Below are positions 19,756-27,891 of a DNA stretch of 64,000 nucleotides, in pieces. The first letter of the stretch is position 1, and the number at the start of each line of letters is the position of its first letter. The notes beneath the pieces are model-generated. The model made no database searches, was not told the origin of the DNA, and saw only the letters and a list, made by a program, of their open reading frames with translations. Origin of the DNA: Bryobacterales bacterium (lineage in GTDB: Bacteria > Acidobacteriota > Terriglobia > Bryobacterales > UBA6623); assembly GCA_965216215.1 (NCBI GenBank), contig CBDCFO010000008.1:1750726-1814725 (forward strand). The letters are read 5' to 3'. Position numbers and translations under genes: made by a program.

Positions 19756-20918
19756 CGGATCGCTTCGCGCAGCGATACCAATGGGTGCTCGCGATCACGA
19801 AGCGGAAAGTCAAGCACGCTGCGCTTCAGCTGCGAGCCGTACACACCCTGGGTCATCTCGACCGTCCAACGCCCGGCCCGCTCGCTGCATGCCGGCTCCC
19901 TGCCCGTCTCGATCGAATCGAGCAAGTCCTCCACCATCAGTGCATTCGCAGTCAGGTGGCGATGATCGCCGAAGCTGCGGTGCTCAGGTTCGATTCGCTC
20001 CCAAGCAACATCCCCGGACGGCACCCATGCAGGGGTCCGCAGGACAAAGGCCCTCGCCTCCCGACTGTAGATCTCGTTGGGCAGAAAGATCCTGCCTTTG
20101 GCACCGTAGATATCGGTGCCGAAGCGCCAGGGATGGGTAGCGCTGGACTGCTTCGAACCGAAGAAACCATGGCGCCCCTCGCCGAACGAGAACATTGCAG
20201 CCATTTGGCGACCGGCGATCGGGCCTATCGGCTCGCTGGGAGTACCTAGGTGGCCGGGGCCAAGCTCCTCACCCTCGGACGTGATGTGGGCGAAGACCCA
20301 CTCCGGATCGCCAAGCACCGCACGCATCATGTCGAAGATATGCGAGCCCAGGACTACCAGGTCCTCACCTCCGGCACGCCGGTCCTCCTTGCCTCGCCCG
20401 CGGACTTCATGGATTTCGCCGATCTCGCCGGCGTCGATCATCTGCAGCGCCTTGAGCGTGAACGGTGACGTCCGCATTTGGTGGGCCACTTGCACTTTGA
20501 CGCCCGCTCTGCGGATCGCATCGACCATCAGATCAGCCTCCGGCAGGGTCATCGCAAATGGCTTCTCGACGTACATGTGGCAGCCCGCTTTCGCCGCGGC
20601 CGCTACCATGTCCAGCCGTTGGTCCGGGTGGCGGGGACAGATACTGACGATGTCAGGCTTCTCCGTCGCGAGCAGTTCGTGGTAGTCGGCGTAAGCCCGC
20701 GCCGCCCGCGTGCGTTCCTTGGCCTCGGCTCGACCCTCCTCGTCAGGATCGGCGACAGCCACGACCTCCGCCTGAGGGAAGGCAGCCCAGACATCGCCGA
20801 TTCCATGGCCGAAATTGCCGCGCCCGGTATGGCCTATCACTCCCACCCGGTACCGCGGCGCGGCGCGAGAAGGGAGTGCCACGGCTGCGGAGGCCAGCAG
20901 AAAGCGCCTGCGTCGCAT
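19752..20918 (-). CDS. Gfo/Idh/MocA family oxidoreductase with Tat signal
   Basis: MRRRRFLL twin-arginine leader; GVIGHTGRG Rossmann motif; HMYVEKPFA. Confidence 0.88.
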   Translation of the reverse strand: MRRRRFLLASAAVALPSRAAPRYRVGVIGHTGRGNFGHGIGDVWAAFPQAEVVAVADPDEEGRAEAKERTRAARAYADYHELLATEKPDIVSICPRHPDQRLDMVAAAAKAGCHMYVEKPFAMTLPEADLMVDAIRRAGVKVQVAHQMRTSPFTLKALQMIDAGEIGEIHEVRGRGKEDRRAGGEDLVVLGSHIFDMMRAVLGDPEWVFAHITSEGEELGPGHLGTPSEPIGPIAGRQMAAMFSFGEGRHGFFGSKQSSATHPWRFGTDIYGAKGRIFLPNEIYSREARAFVLRTPAWVPSGDVAWERIEPEHRSFGDHRHLTANALMVEDLLDSIETGREPACSERAGRWTVEMTQGVYGSQLKRSVLDFPLRDREHPLVSLREAIR

Positions 20919-20959
20919 CTCTGACTTATGCTCGCCGCCGGCCTGCGAGGCTCATCGGA

Positions 20960-21403
20960 TCACTCGGAGGGATGGACCACGTCCTGGCCCCCGGCCTTCC
21001 AGCCCTCGATCCCACCGAACTGGATCTCGGCGTCGTAGCCGTTGTCTCGAAGTATGGCCGCCGCACGGGAGGCCCTTCCGCCGCGCCGTCAATACGCAAC
21101 GATCGGCTTGTCCCTGGGCACCTCCGCCAAGCGTGCTTCCAACGCATCGATCGGAATATGCGTGTAGCCCTCAATCGCGCCGTCTTGAACGAGCTCTTCA
21201 GGCGTGCGCACGTCCAAGAGGAAGATGTCCTCGCCCGCGGCCAAGCGAGCGGCGACGCCCTCCACATCGAGCTCTGTCGGCTCCGCCGGCGCGATGACTG
21301 CGGCCTCTGGCTCGGCAACGCTGCCTTCTTCGGGCGCGTCCGAGCAACCGAGCGATCCGCAGGCGACAGCCAGGGAAATGCCCATCCAAGGAATTGGTCT
21401 CAT
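20960..21403 (-). CDS. Rhodanese-like lipoprotein, probable selenoprotein (in-frame TGA at 21091-21089 = Sec at the catalytic position), 147 aa
   Basis: LLDVRTPEE...THIP...DKPIVAY-TGA-RRGGRASRAAAILRDNGY...GGIEGWKAGG; the frame stays open to TGA 20962-20960; lipobox SLGC. Confidence 0.8.
21056..21074 (-). promoter_or_regulatory. Candidate bacterial SECIS hairpin
   Basis: GGCC-U-CC-[CGUGC]-GG-C-GGCC, 15-33 nt after the UGA, with a G near the start of the loop; hand-folded only. Confidence 0.3.
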
Positions 21404-21416
21404 ACATTGCCTCCTG

Positions 21417-22310
21417 CTAGGCGTTCCAACCGAGGGTCGACGCTTCCGGAATTCTCCGGATCAGGTCCGAGAGTTCAATCTGGTTTTCTGCTCCGATCGT
21501 GAAGCAATCGATGCAGTCGAGCGCCATGGCGTGCTGCAGGGCCTCGCTGACCCGGTCCCGCATGACACCCTCTCCCAGGATCTTCATGCCGATCACGCCC
21601 TTGCCCGCAGCCTTGATCTTGCAGAGTTCTTCCACGACGGTCGCAGGATCGGCATCCATGCGAGCGCCGATCGGGTTGATCCTCGCCAGATCAACATCAA
21701 TGAACTCCTGGCGATGCACTTGCCTCAGGGCCGGGAGAGAGTGGCAAGAAATCCCGCGTGACCTGACGATCCCCTTCTGCTTGTACTCGTCAACCACTTC
21801 CATCGCGCCCTGCCGCTGGACAGGCCAGTCTTCTTCACGCACGGCGTGTAGCAACAGCAAGTCGATGTAGTCCGTGCCCAGCTCCCGGCGGAAGCGATCA
21901 ATATCCTCGCGCATCCCCTTGGCTGTCTTGGATACCGACTTGGTCATGATGACAACCCGTTCCCGGGGAATGTGCTGCAGCGCGCTCTTCAGATGGGGGT
22001 GGCTGCCGTACATGTCCGCCGTGTCCCAGAAGGTCAAGCCATTGTCGAAGCCGTACCGATAGAGATCCGTAAGCCCGCCAACACCGAGCTTGCGCGTCTG
22101 GTTGGAGGCGCCTCGGAAGCCCTTGGTCCCTGTCCCCATGGCAAGCCTCGATACCGGCAACTTGTCCGGACCCAGCGTCACGGCATCGTAGGCGAACCGG
22201 CGAGCGGGATTCTCGGTATATCCGTCCGAAGCTCCGAACAGCTGCTGCTGGACGGCTGCAATCGATGTCCCTGCGAGCAGGGTGTGGCGGATGAAATCGC
22301 GTCGCTTCAT
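21417..22310 (-). CDS. Aldo/keto reductase with Tat signal
   Basis: MKRRDFIR leader; SRLAMGT, FWDTADMYG, LGTDYIDLLLLH, GVIGMKILG. Confidence 0.88.
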   Translation of the reverse strand: MKRRDFIRHTLLAGTSIAAVQQQLFGASDGYTENPARRFAYDAVTLGPDKLPVSRLAMGTGTKGFRGASNQTRKLGVGGLTDLYRYGFDNGLTFWDTADMYGSHPHLKSALQHIPRERVVIMTKSVSKTAKGMREDIDRFRRELGTDYIDLLLLHAVREEDWPVQRQGAMEVVDEYKQKGIVRSRGISCHSLPALRQVHRQEFIDVDLARINPIGARMDADPATVVEELCKIKAAGKGVIGMKILGEGVMRDRVSEALQHAMALDCIDCFTIGAENQIELSDLIRRIPEASTLGWNA

Positions 22311-22387
22311 AGTGCGAAATCCGTAGTCAGCCTACCACAGTGGTGCGCTCAGTGAGGCCTTGCCGAGCCCCTTGTTCCACCTATGCG

Positions 22388-23083
22388 CTAGGGGCGGAGG
22401 TCGAACGCTGCAAGTAAGGCGCGATCTCGGGCGCGTGCCGCGCGGGGGAATCCCATTGGGTTGTATTCGTCCCGGAACACCACCTCGAACTCGGCACATT
22501 CCCGCCGCAAAGCCTCTTCGGTCGGAAACTCGAGCAACTCGGTCCGGATCCATCGCTCGACCAGGGAAGTGTCCAGACCGAAGCCGGAGAGGTACTCGTC
22601 GCGCCGTCTCGCCATCAGCCAGACCGCAGGCAGCAGGTATCCGCGGAACGGCCGGCGGCCCAAGGCAAACTCCCCGAGCATGCGGTCGCTCATACGCTGT
22701 AGCCGCAGCTGATTGAGTTCAGCAGGAGTGCACATGTCGAATTCCTGACGGCCGCAGTAGCGGGCGTCGTGCCAGACATGGCAAGCGCGACAGGCATCCG
22801 GCCGCGACCCATAGACCTGGCACTCGCCGCCAGCCAAGTACACGCACGGCCCGAGGTCCAGCAGACTGTTCAGGTCCGCATCAGGAGACAGGCGTCCCGC
22901 TGCCGACTCGACCGCTTCCGCAAGCTCAGGAGCGTCCTGGACTAGCGCGAGCGCCTCCGGGGATGAAATGATCACCGTCATGCGCTCGCAGCACGCAGAG
23001 CACCCAGGCGCGCAAGTCGGGCGCCCGATCGTGGCCTCCCACGATCGCAGGAGCTGGCCAATCGCAACGTCGATCGCGCTCAA
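22388..23083 (-). CDS. YkgJ-family cysteine-cluster (putative Fe-S/Zn) protein
   Basis: CAPGCSACC, CVYL...CQVYGSRPDACR. Confidence 0.75.
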   Translation of the reverse strand: MSAIDVAIGQLLRSWEATIGRPTCAPGCSACCERMTVIISSPEALALVQDAPELAEAVESAAGRLSPDADLNSLLDLGPCVYLAGGECQVYGSRPDACRACHVWHDARYCGRQEFDMCTPAELNQLRLQRMSDRMLGEFALGRRPFRGYLLPAVWLMARRRDEYLSGFGLDTSLVERWIRTELLEFPTEEALRRECAEFEVVFRDEYNPMGFPRAARARDRALLAAFDLRP

Positions 23084-23544
23084 CGGGCAGGCGAGACCTT
23101 GAGATTGCGGTAGTGCGCGACAGTCGAGCCCTCAAGCCAGAGTGCCACCTTCCCGGTCGCCCCGGCTCCGGACTTCACGTCGTTCACGATCAGTGTCGGC
23201 TGGTCAGCCCCGTTGACATAGAGCCGCGCTTTCTCGCCATCCACGACAATCTTGACCGGAATCCATTCACCCGGCACGATGTCGGCGTAAGTCTCGTACT
23301 TGCTGGGAGTCTCGCTGCGAAAGCGGTACCAGGTCCAATCCGGGTGCGAGATGTATTGCACCGTATGGTTGCGTCGCTCCTGGTCGTCGGCCCGGCCGTT
23401 GGTGGGCCTTAGATAGAAGCAATCGTAGTTCTTGTGGTCGTCCTGCAACCGCCAAGCGATTCCGACGAACCCGCGGGCGCCCTGCTGCGTCCCGGGAGCG
23501 GGCTGGCCGGAAACCTCGACTTCAATCGTGCCGTTGCCGAACTC
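23080..23544 (-). pseudogene. DUF1080-like (3-keto-disaccharide hydrolase-like) gene, 3' part
   Basis: FGNGTIEVEV...GFVGIAWR...FYLRPTNGRADDQERRNH; joins the 5' part in frame once the 12-kb insertion is removed. Confidence 0.85.
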
Positions 23545-23610
23545 AGAGGTGGTCCGGGGATTTGGACCACACGCTAAGGTGGACTTCGTCAAGGTTGAAA
23601 GGAGTCAACG

Positions 23611-23892
23611 ATGGCGAAGAGACGGACGTTCACGGCGGCGTTCAAGGCGAGGGTGGCGAAGGAAGCGTTGCGCGGGGACCGAACCGTGCAGCAGATCGCA
23701 GCCAAGCACGAACTGCATCCGAACCAGGTGAGCCAATGGAAGCGCACGGCCAGCGAGAGACTGGCCGAATTGTTCGAGCGGGCTGCCGGGCCCGGTCAGG
23801 ATGAGCGGGAGGCGGAGGTCCGCAAGCTGCACGAGAAGATCGGGCAGTTGGTGGTCGAACGGGATTTTTTGAAGCGCGCGTGGGAACGCTGA
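23611..23892 (+). CDS. IS3-family transposase OrfA (HTH)
   Basis: RRTFTAAFKARVAKEAL...HPNQVSQWK; GGAG RBS; slippery heptamer T TTT TTG at 23865-23871. Confidence 0.9.
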   Translation: MAKRRTFTAAFKARVAKEALRGDRTVQQIAAKHELHPNQVSQWKRTASERLAELFERAAGPGQDEREAEVRKLHEKIGQLVVERDFLKRAWER

Positions 23893-24734
23893 GCCGGACC
23901 ACGCGCAAGAGCTTGGTGCAGAGAGACCACCCGCAGGCGAGTCTGCGCCTGCAATGCCGGTTGCTGGGGGTGTGTCGGTCCGGGCTGTACTACCAGCCGC
24001 GGGAGGCGGATCCGGACCAGCTGGCGCTGATGCGGCGGATGGACGAGTTGTACACGGCGCATCCGTTTTACGGGACGCGGCAGATGAGCCGGCATCTGCA
24101 ACGGGAAGGCTATCCGGCCGGCCGGGACAAGGTGCGGCGGCTGATGCGCAAGATGGGCTTGGAGGCGGTCTACTGCAAGCCGCGCACGAGCCAGCCGGAT
24201 CCGGAGCACCGTGTCTATCCGTACCTGCTGCGGAACCTGGCGATCGAGCGGCCGCACCAGGCGTGGTGCGCAGACATCACCTACATTCCGATGCAGCGGG
24301 GATTCCTGTACCTGGTGGCGGTGATGGACTGGTTCAGCCGGGCGGTGCTGAGTTGGGCACTGTCGAACACACTGGACACGGAGTTCTGCCTGCTGGCGGT
24401 CGAGGAGGCGCTGGAGGGGTTCGGTCCGCCGGAGATCTTCAACACCGACCAGGGCAGCCAGTTCACGTCGCGGGCGTTCACGGGCTGTCTGGAAGCGGCC
24501 GGCGTGCGGGTGTCGCTGGATGGACGGGGCCGCTGGATGGACAACGTGTTCATCGAGCGGCTGTGGCGGTCGCTGAAGTACGAGGCGGTGTACTTGCAGG
24601 AGATGCCGGACGGGTTCGCGGCGCGCGCGGTCATCGGGGACTGGCTGGCGTTCTACAACCGGACCCGGCCGCATTCGGCGCTGGCGGGGAGGACGCCGTG
24701 GGAAATGCTGCCAGCGGGCAGCAGGCCGCGATGA
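23880..24734 (+). CDS. IS3-family transposase OrfB (DDE), -1 frame to OrfA
   Basis: WCADITY, FNTDQGSQF, DNVFIERLWRSLKYE, YNRTRPHSAL. Confidence 0.92.
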   Translation: MGTLSRTTRKSLVQRDHPQASLRLQCRLLGVCRSGLYYQPREADPDQLALMRRMDELYTAHPFYGTRQMSRHLQREGYPAGRDKVRRLMRKMGLEAVYCKPRTSQPDPEHRVYPYLLRNLAIERPHQAWCADITYIPMQRGFLYLVAVMDWFSRAVLSWALSNTLDTEFCLLAVEEALEGFGPPEIFNTDQGSQFTSRAFTGCLEAAGVRVSLDGRGRWMDNVFIERLWRSLKYEAVYLQEMPDGFAARAVIGDWLAFYNRTRPHSALAGRTPWEMLPAGSRPR

Positions 24735-25104
24735 GAGTGCGTGTGCGGGGTGCTGGCTGGGCCGGACGCCAACCGGCGGGCCGGAGAGGTCGGGCCGGAC
24801 GGGACCGCCTCGTTGTTCGGCACGCGGACGGCCCGCTGGTGCGCATGCCTCCGCTCGCGCTGGCGGAGAGAGTGCCGAGTGGACGCGAGATCGGCATGCA
24901 ACCAAAGGAGTTATGCGTGTCCGGGCGGCTCGGTTGCGGGCTCCATGCAACTGCATTCCAGCAATTGCGCCGACCCGCGCATGCAGGCCCCCCGCTGTTT
25001 GCTGGAACACCCGGACAAGCGCCACGGGTGTACGGCCGGAGACGTGGTAACGTTACCTGTTGCAGTGGCATCGGCCGCGGAGCGAGGAGGCGGAAGGAGA
25101 CGGC

Positions 25105-25442
25105 ATGGCCTTGCCGAACGCAGAGAAGCAACGGCGCTAGCGGGAGGGAGACCGGCCGGTCCGCTACCGCCGCCCGCAGGACCGGCGTTCGAATGCCCGG
25201 CGCGGGAGGGAGACCGGCCGGTCCGCTACCGCCGCCCGCAGGACCGGCGTTCGAATCCGCAACGCTGGCGCGACGCGGTGGCGGCCTTGGTGCAGTTGCA
25301 GGAGCACTATGGGGAGTGGCTGGAGAGCCTGCCGGAGAGTCTGCACGGGACGCCGCTGGGGGCGAAGCTGCGGGTGCTTAGCGAGGTGGAGCTCGACGAG
25401 TTGCAAGCCGTCGAGCCGCCGCTGGGCTACGGGCGGGACTGA
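25105..25442 (+). pseudogene. Passenger gene 1 (small basic/helical protein), inactivated
   Basis: GGAG RBS + MALPNAEKQRR, then TAG at 25138-25140; a 62-bp tandem duplication shifts the frame; intact-looking C-half RWRDAVAALVQLQ...EPPLGYGRD. Confidence 0.6.
25140..25256. repeat. 55-bp direct repeat x2, period 62 bp
   Basis: GCGGGAGGGAGACCGGCCGGTCCGCTACCGCCGCCCGCAGGACCGGCGTTCGAAT at 25140-25194 and 25202-25256. Confidence 0.95.
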
Positions 25443-25445
25443 GCG

Positions 25446-25694
25446 ATGAGGCTGCAGGCGGGCAGTGGGGGCTGGTTTGCCGCCGGCGAGGGGTGCGAGC
25501 GGGCGCTGCGGAGATTGAGCGATCCGGCGTTCAAGGTGTTGGCGTACGTGTGCCTGCGGGCCGAGCGGGCCAGCGGGTGGCTGGAGTTCGAGAGCAGCGG
25601 CTTGGCGCGGGAGTTGGGCAGGAGCCGTGCGAGCCTGGGACGCTGCCTGCGCGAGCTGGTCAGCCAGGGGATCTGCGAACTGGAGGCGGCCCCC
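25446..25694 (+). pseudogene. Passenger gene 2 (HTH-like protein), 5' part, interrupted by IS21
   Basis: LARELGRSRASLGRCLRELVSQGIC helix-turn-helix-like segment; continues in frame at 31210 after removing IS21 (ELEAAP|NQHRG). Confidence 0.75.
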
Positions 25695-26028
25695 TGTCCA
25701 GCGACAACTATTCTTGCCGGTGGCGACAACTAGAATTGCCGGTTGTGCTCCGTAAGTTGGAGGGCGGCAGAGGGAGCCCGAAGGGCGACCAATGCAGCCC
25801 TCGGATAGTAGCAGAGGGAGGGGGTAGCAGGGGGAAGCGCAGCCTCCCCCTCTCTGGGAGAGCAAGGCAGTCGGCAGTGCGAGAGGGGCCAGGGGGCGAG
25901 CCCCCTGGCCCGGAATTCGGCGCCGTTGGTCGGCTGCTTTTTTGGCGATCGTGTGACCGCCATAGCGGGGAAAGCGCGCGCGCTGTGGAACCGCCCCGGC
26001 TGGAGGCATTGCTGGAAGCGCTGCACGG

Positions 26029-26799
26029 CTACCTCTTCTCGCTTGCCTCGCCCTGGCGCCGGCGCGCTTGCTCGGCCCGGTAGCTGGCAATATCGAGTTC
26101 CAGAATCACCGAGTGGTGCACCACCCGGTCGACCGCCGCCGCCGCGGTCATCTTGTCAGGGAAAATGCTCTGCCATTGCGAGAAGACCAGATTGCTCGTC
26201 AGCATCACGCTGCGGCGCTCGTAGCGTTGCGCCAGCAGTTCGAAGAGCACTTCCATCTCGGCACGGTCCTGCCGGACGTAGCCGATGTCGTCGAGCAGCA
26301 GGCACTCGAAGCGGTCGAGGCGGTCGAGCTCGCGGCTCAGCCGTAGTTCGCGCTTGGCCCCGGCCAGGCGCTCGGTCAGCGCGCGCGCCGGGGCGAACAG
26401 CGTCGAGTGGCCACGCTGCACCAGTTCGGCACCCAGCGCCGCCATCAGATGGGTCTTGCCCGCGCCCGGATTGCCGAAGACACACACATTGACGGCGTCG
26501 GCCAGGAAATCCCCCTCGCACAGCACTGGCAGGCGGCCCCTCACGCCTTTGGGAAGACGCAGCAAGTCCAGCGTTTCCAGCGTCTTGCCCCGCGGCAGCC
26601 GGGCTTCCTTGGCCAGTCGCGCCACGCGCCGGTCGGCCCGCTCGACCGTCTCGACCGCGGCCAGTTCCGCCAGGTAGCGCAACGGGTCCCAGGCCTGCTT
26701 GCGGGCCTGTTCCGCCAGCCGTTCGCAATGCGCCGCGAACGACGGCAGGCGCAACTCCTTCAGGCGTCCTGGCAGCGCTGCCAGCTCCGGCCCCTTCAC
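26029..26799 (-). CDS. istB: IS21 helper ATPase IstB
   Basis: Walker A GNPGAGKT, Walker B LLLDDIGY, LTSNL, AAVDRVVHH. Confidence 0.93.
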   Translation of the reverse strand: MKGPELAALPGRLKELRLPSFAAHCERLAEQARKQAWDPLRYLAELAAVETVERADRRVARLAKEARLPRGKTLETLDLLRLPKGVRGRLPVLCEGDFLADAVNVCVFGNPGAGKTHLMAALGAELVQRGHSTLFAPARALTERLAGAKRELRLSRELDRLDRFECLLLDDIGYVRQDRAEMEVLFELLAQRYERRSVMLTSNLVFSQWQSIFPDKMTAAAAVDRVVHHSVILELDIASYRAEQARRRQGEASEKR

Positions 26800-27837
26800 G
26801 ACAGCCCCCGCGTGTCCGCCAGCAACTCGTCGTAGACGTCCAGGTCTGGTTCCGCGATGCGCACCTCCGGCGCCTCCGGCCGCGGCGGTGCCGCGGCCGC
26901 CCGGACGCGCTCGAACGACGGCCGCTCGCCAGCCTCCAGGCAGCCCTGCAGGGCCGCCTCCACACGGGTCTCCAGCGTCGTCGCCGCCAAGTGCAGGATG
27001 CGCACGTACTCGAGATCCGCGTGCCCCTGCGAGCGCCCCTCGCAGAGCTTGTCATAGGCCCGCCGGAAGGCCTCTGACGGAAACATCTCCTCGCGGTAGC
27101 GGTATTGCGCGAAGGCCCCCGGCTTGCGCAACAGCGCGTGCGCCACGTGCCGGTAGTCCACCCGGCCCGGCTGCTTGCCCAGCGCCCGGTCGTGGCGCGC
27201 CACCAGTTTCCCGCCGTAGTGCAATTCGACGCGATCGGTGTACAGCCGCGCCGTCAGCTGCTCCCCGATCAGCCGCGACGGCACCGAGTACGCCTTGCTC
27301 GCCACCCGCACCACGCTCCCGCGCGTCACCGTGCGCCGCTCTTCCCGGTACACCGGCAGCCGCCGCGGCGGCAGCGGCCGCAACGCCGCCTGCTCCGCCG
27401 CCAGCCGCTCCCCGCGCCGGCTGTTGCGCTGCCCGGCGATCTCGTCCAGCAACCGCGCGTAGCGCTCCACGGAACTGAAATCGCGTGTCCCGCTCAGGCG
27501 CAGCCGCTGGTCCACCGCGGTCTTGAAATGCCCGTGCGCCGCTTCCACGTCCCCGTTCTCGTGCGCGTTGCCCGGATAGTTCCGGCTCGCCGCCAGCCCG
27601 TAATGCGCCAGGAACTCCTCGTACGCCCGGTTGAACGCCCGCCCGCCGGACTGGCGCAACTCGTGCGTCGCCGCCGACAGATTATCGGTCCGGTGCTCCC
27701 GCGGCACCCCGCCCAGCTCCCACAGGCTCTCCTGCAGTCCGCCGACCAGCGCCTCGAACGTTTCCGAGCTCGCGATCGCCACGCTCTCCCAGTTCGAGTA
27801 CGGCAGCACGAAACGGTATACCAGGTGCTTGTACCGC
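26796..27837 (-). pseudogene. istA: IS21 transposase IstA, 3' part
   Basis: HLVYRFVLPYSNWE, RTDNL, ENGDVE; joins the 5' part in frame across the TSD (GERY|KHLVY). Confidence 0.9.
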
Positions 27838-27854
27838 CTAGCGACCGGACACAC

Positions 27855-27884
27855 TTGACACTGGCGCGGTGTTCTGTGTAGAAC
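27855..27884 (+). promoter_or_regulatory. Probable transposase promoter inside the IS4 left end
   Basis: TTGACA (27855-27860), 18-nt spacer, TAGAAC (27879-27884), just upstream of the GTG start. Confidence 0.5.
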
Positions 27885-27891
27885 GGGGGTA

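Noticed and set aside
25140-25256. CRISPR array or tRNA (GTTCGAAT motif)
   Set aside because: Only two 55-bp units with a 7-bp spacer, no cas genes and no cloverleaf; it is a tandem duplication in a coding remnant.
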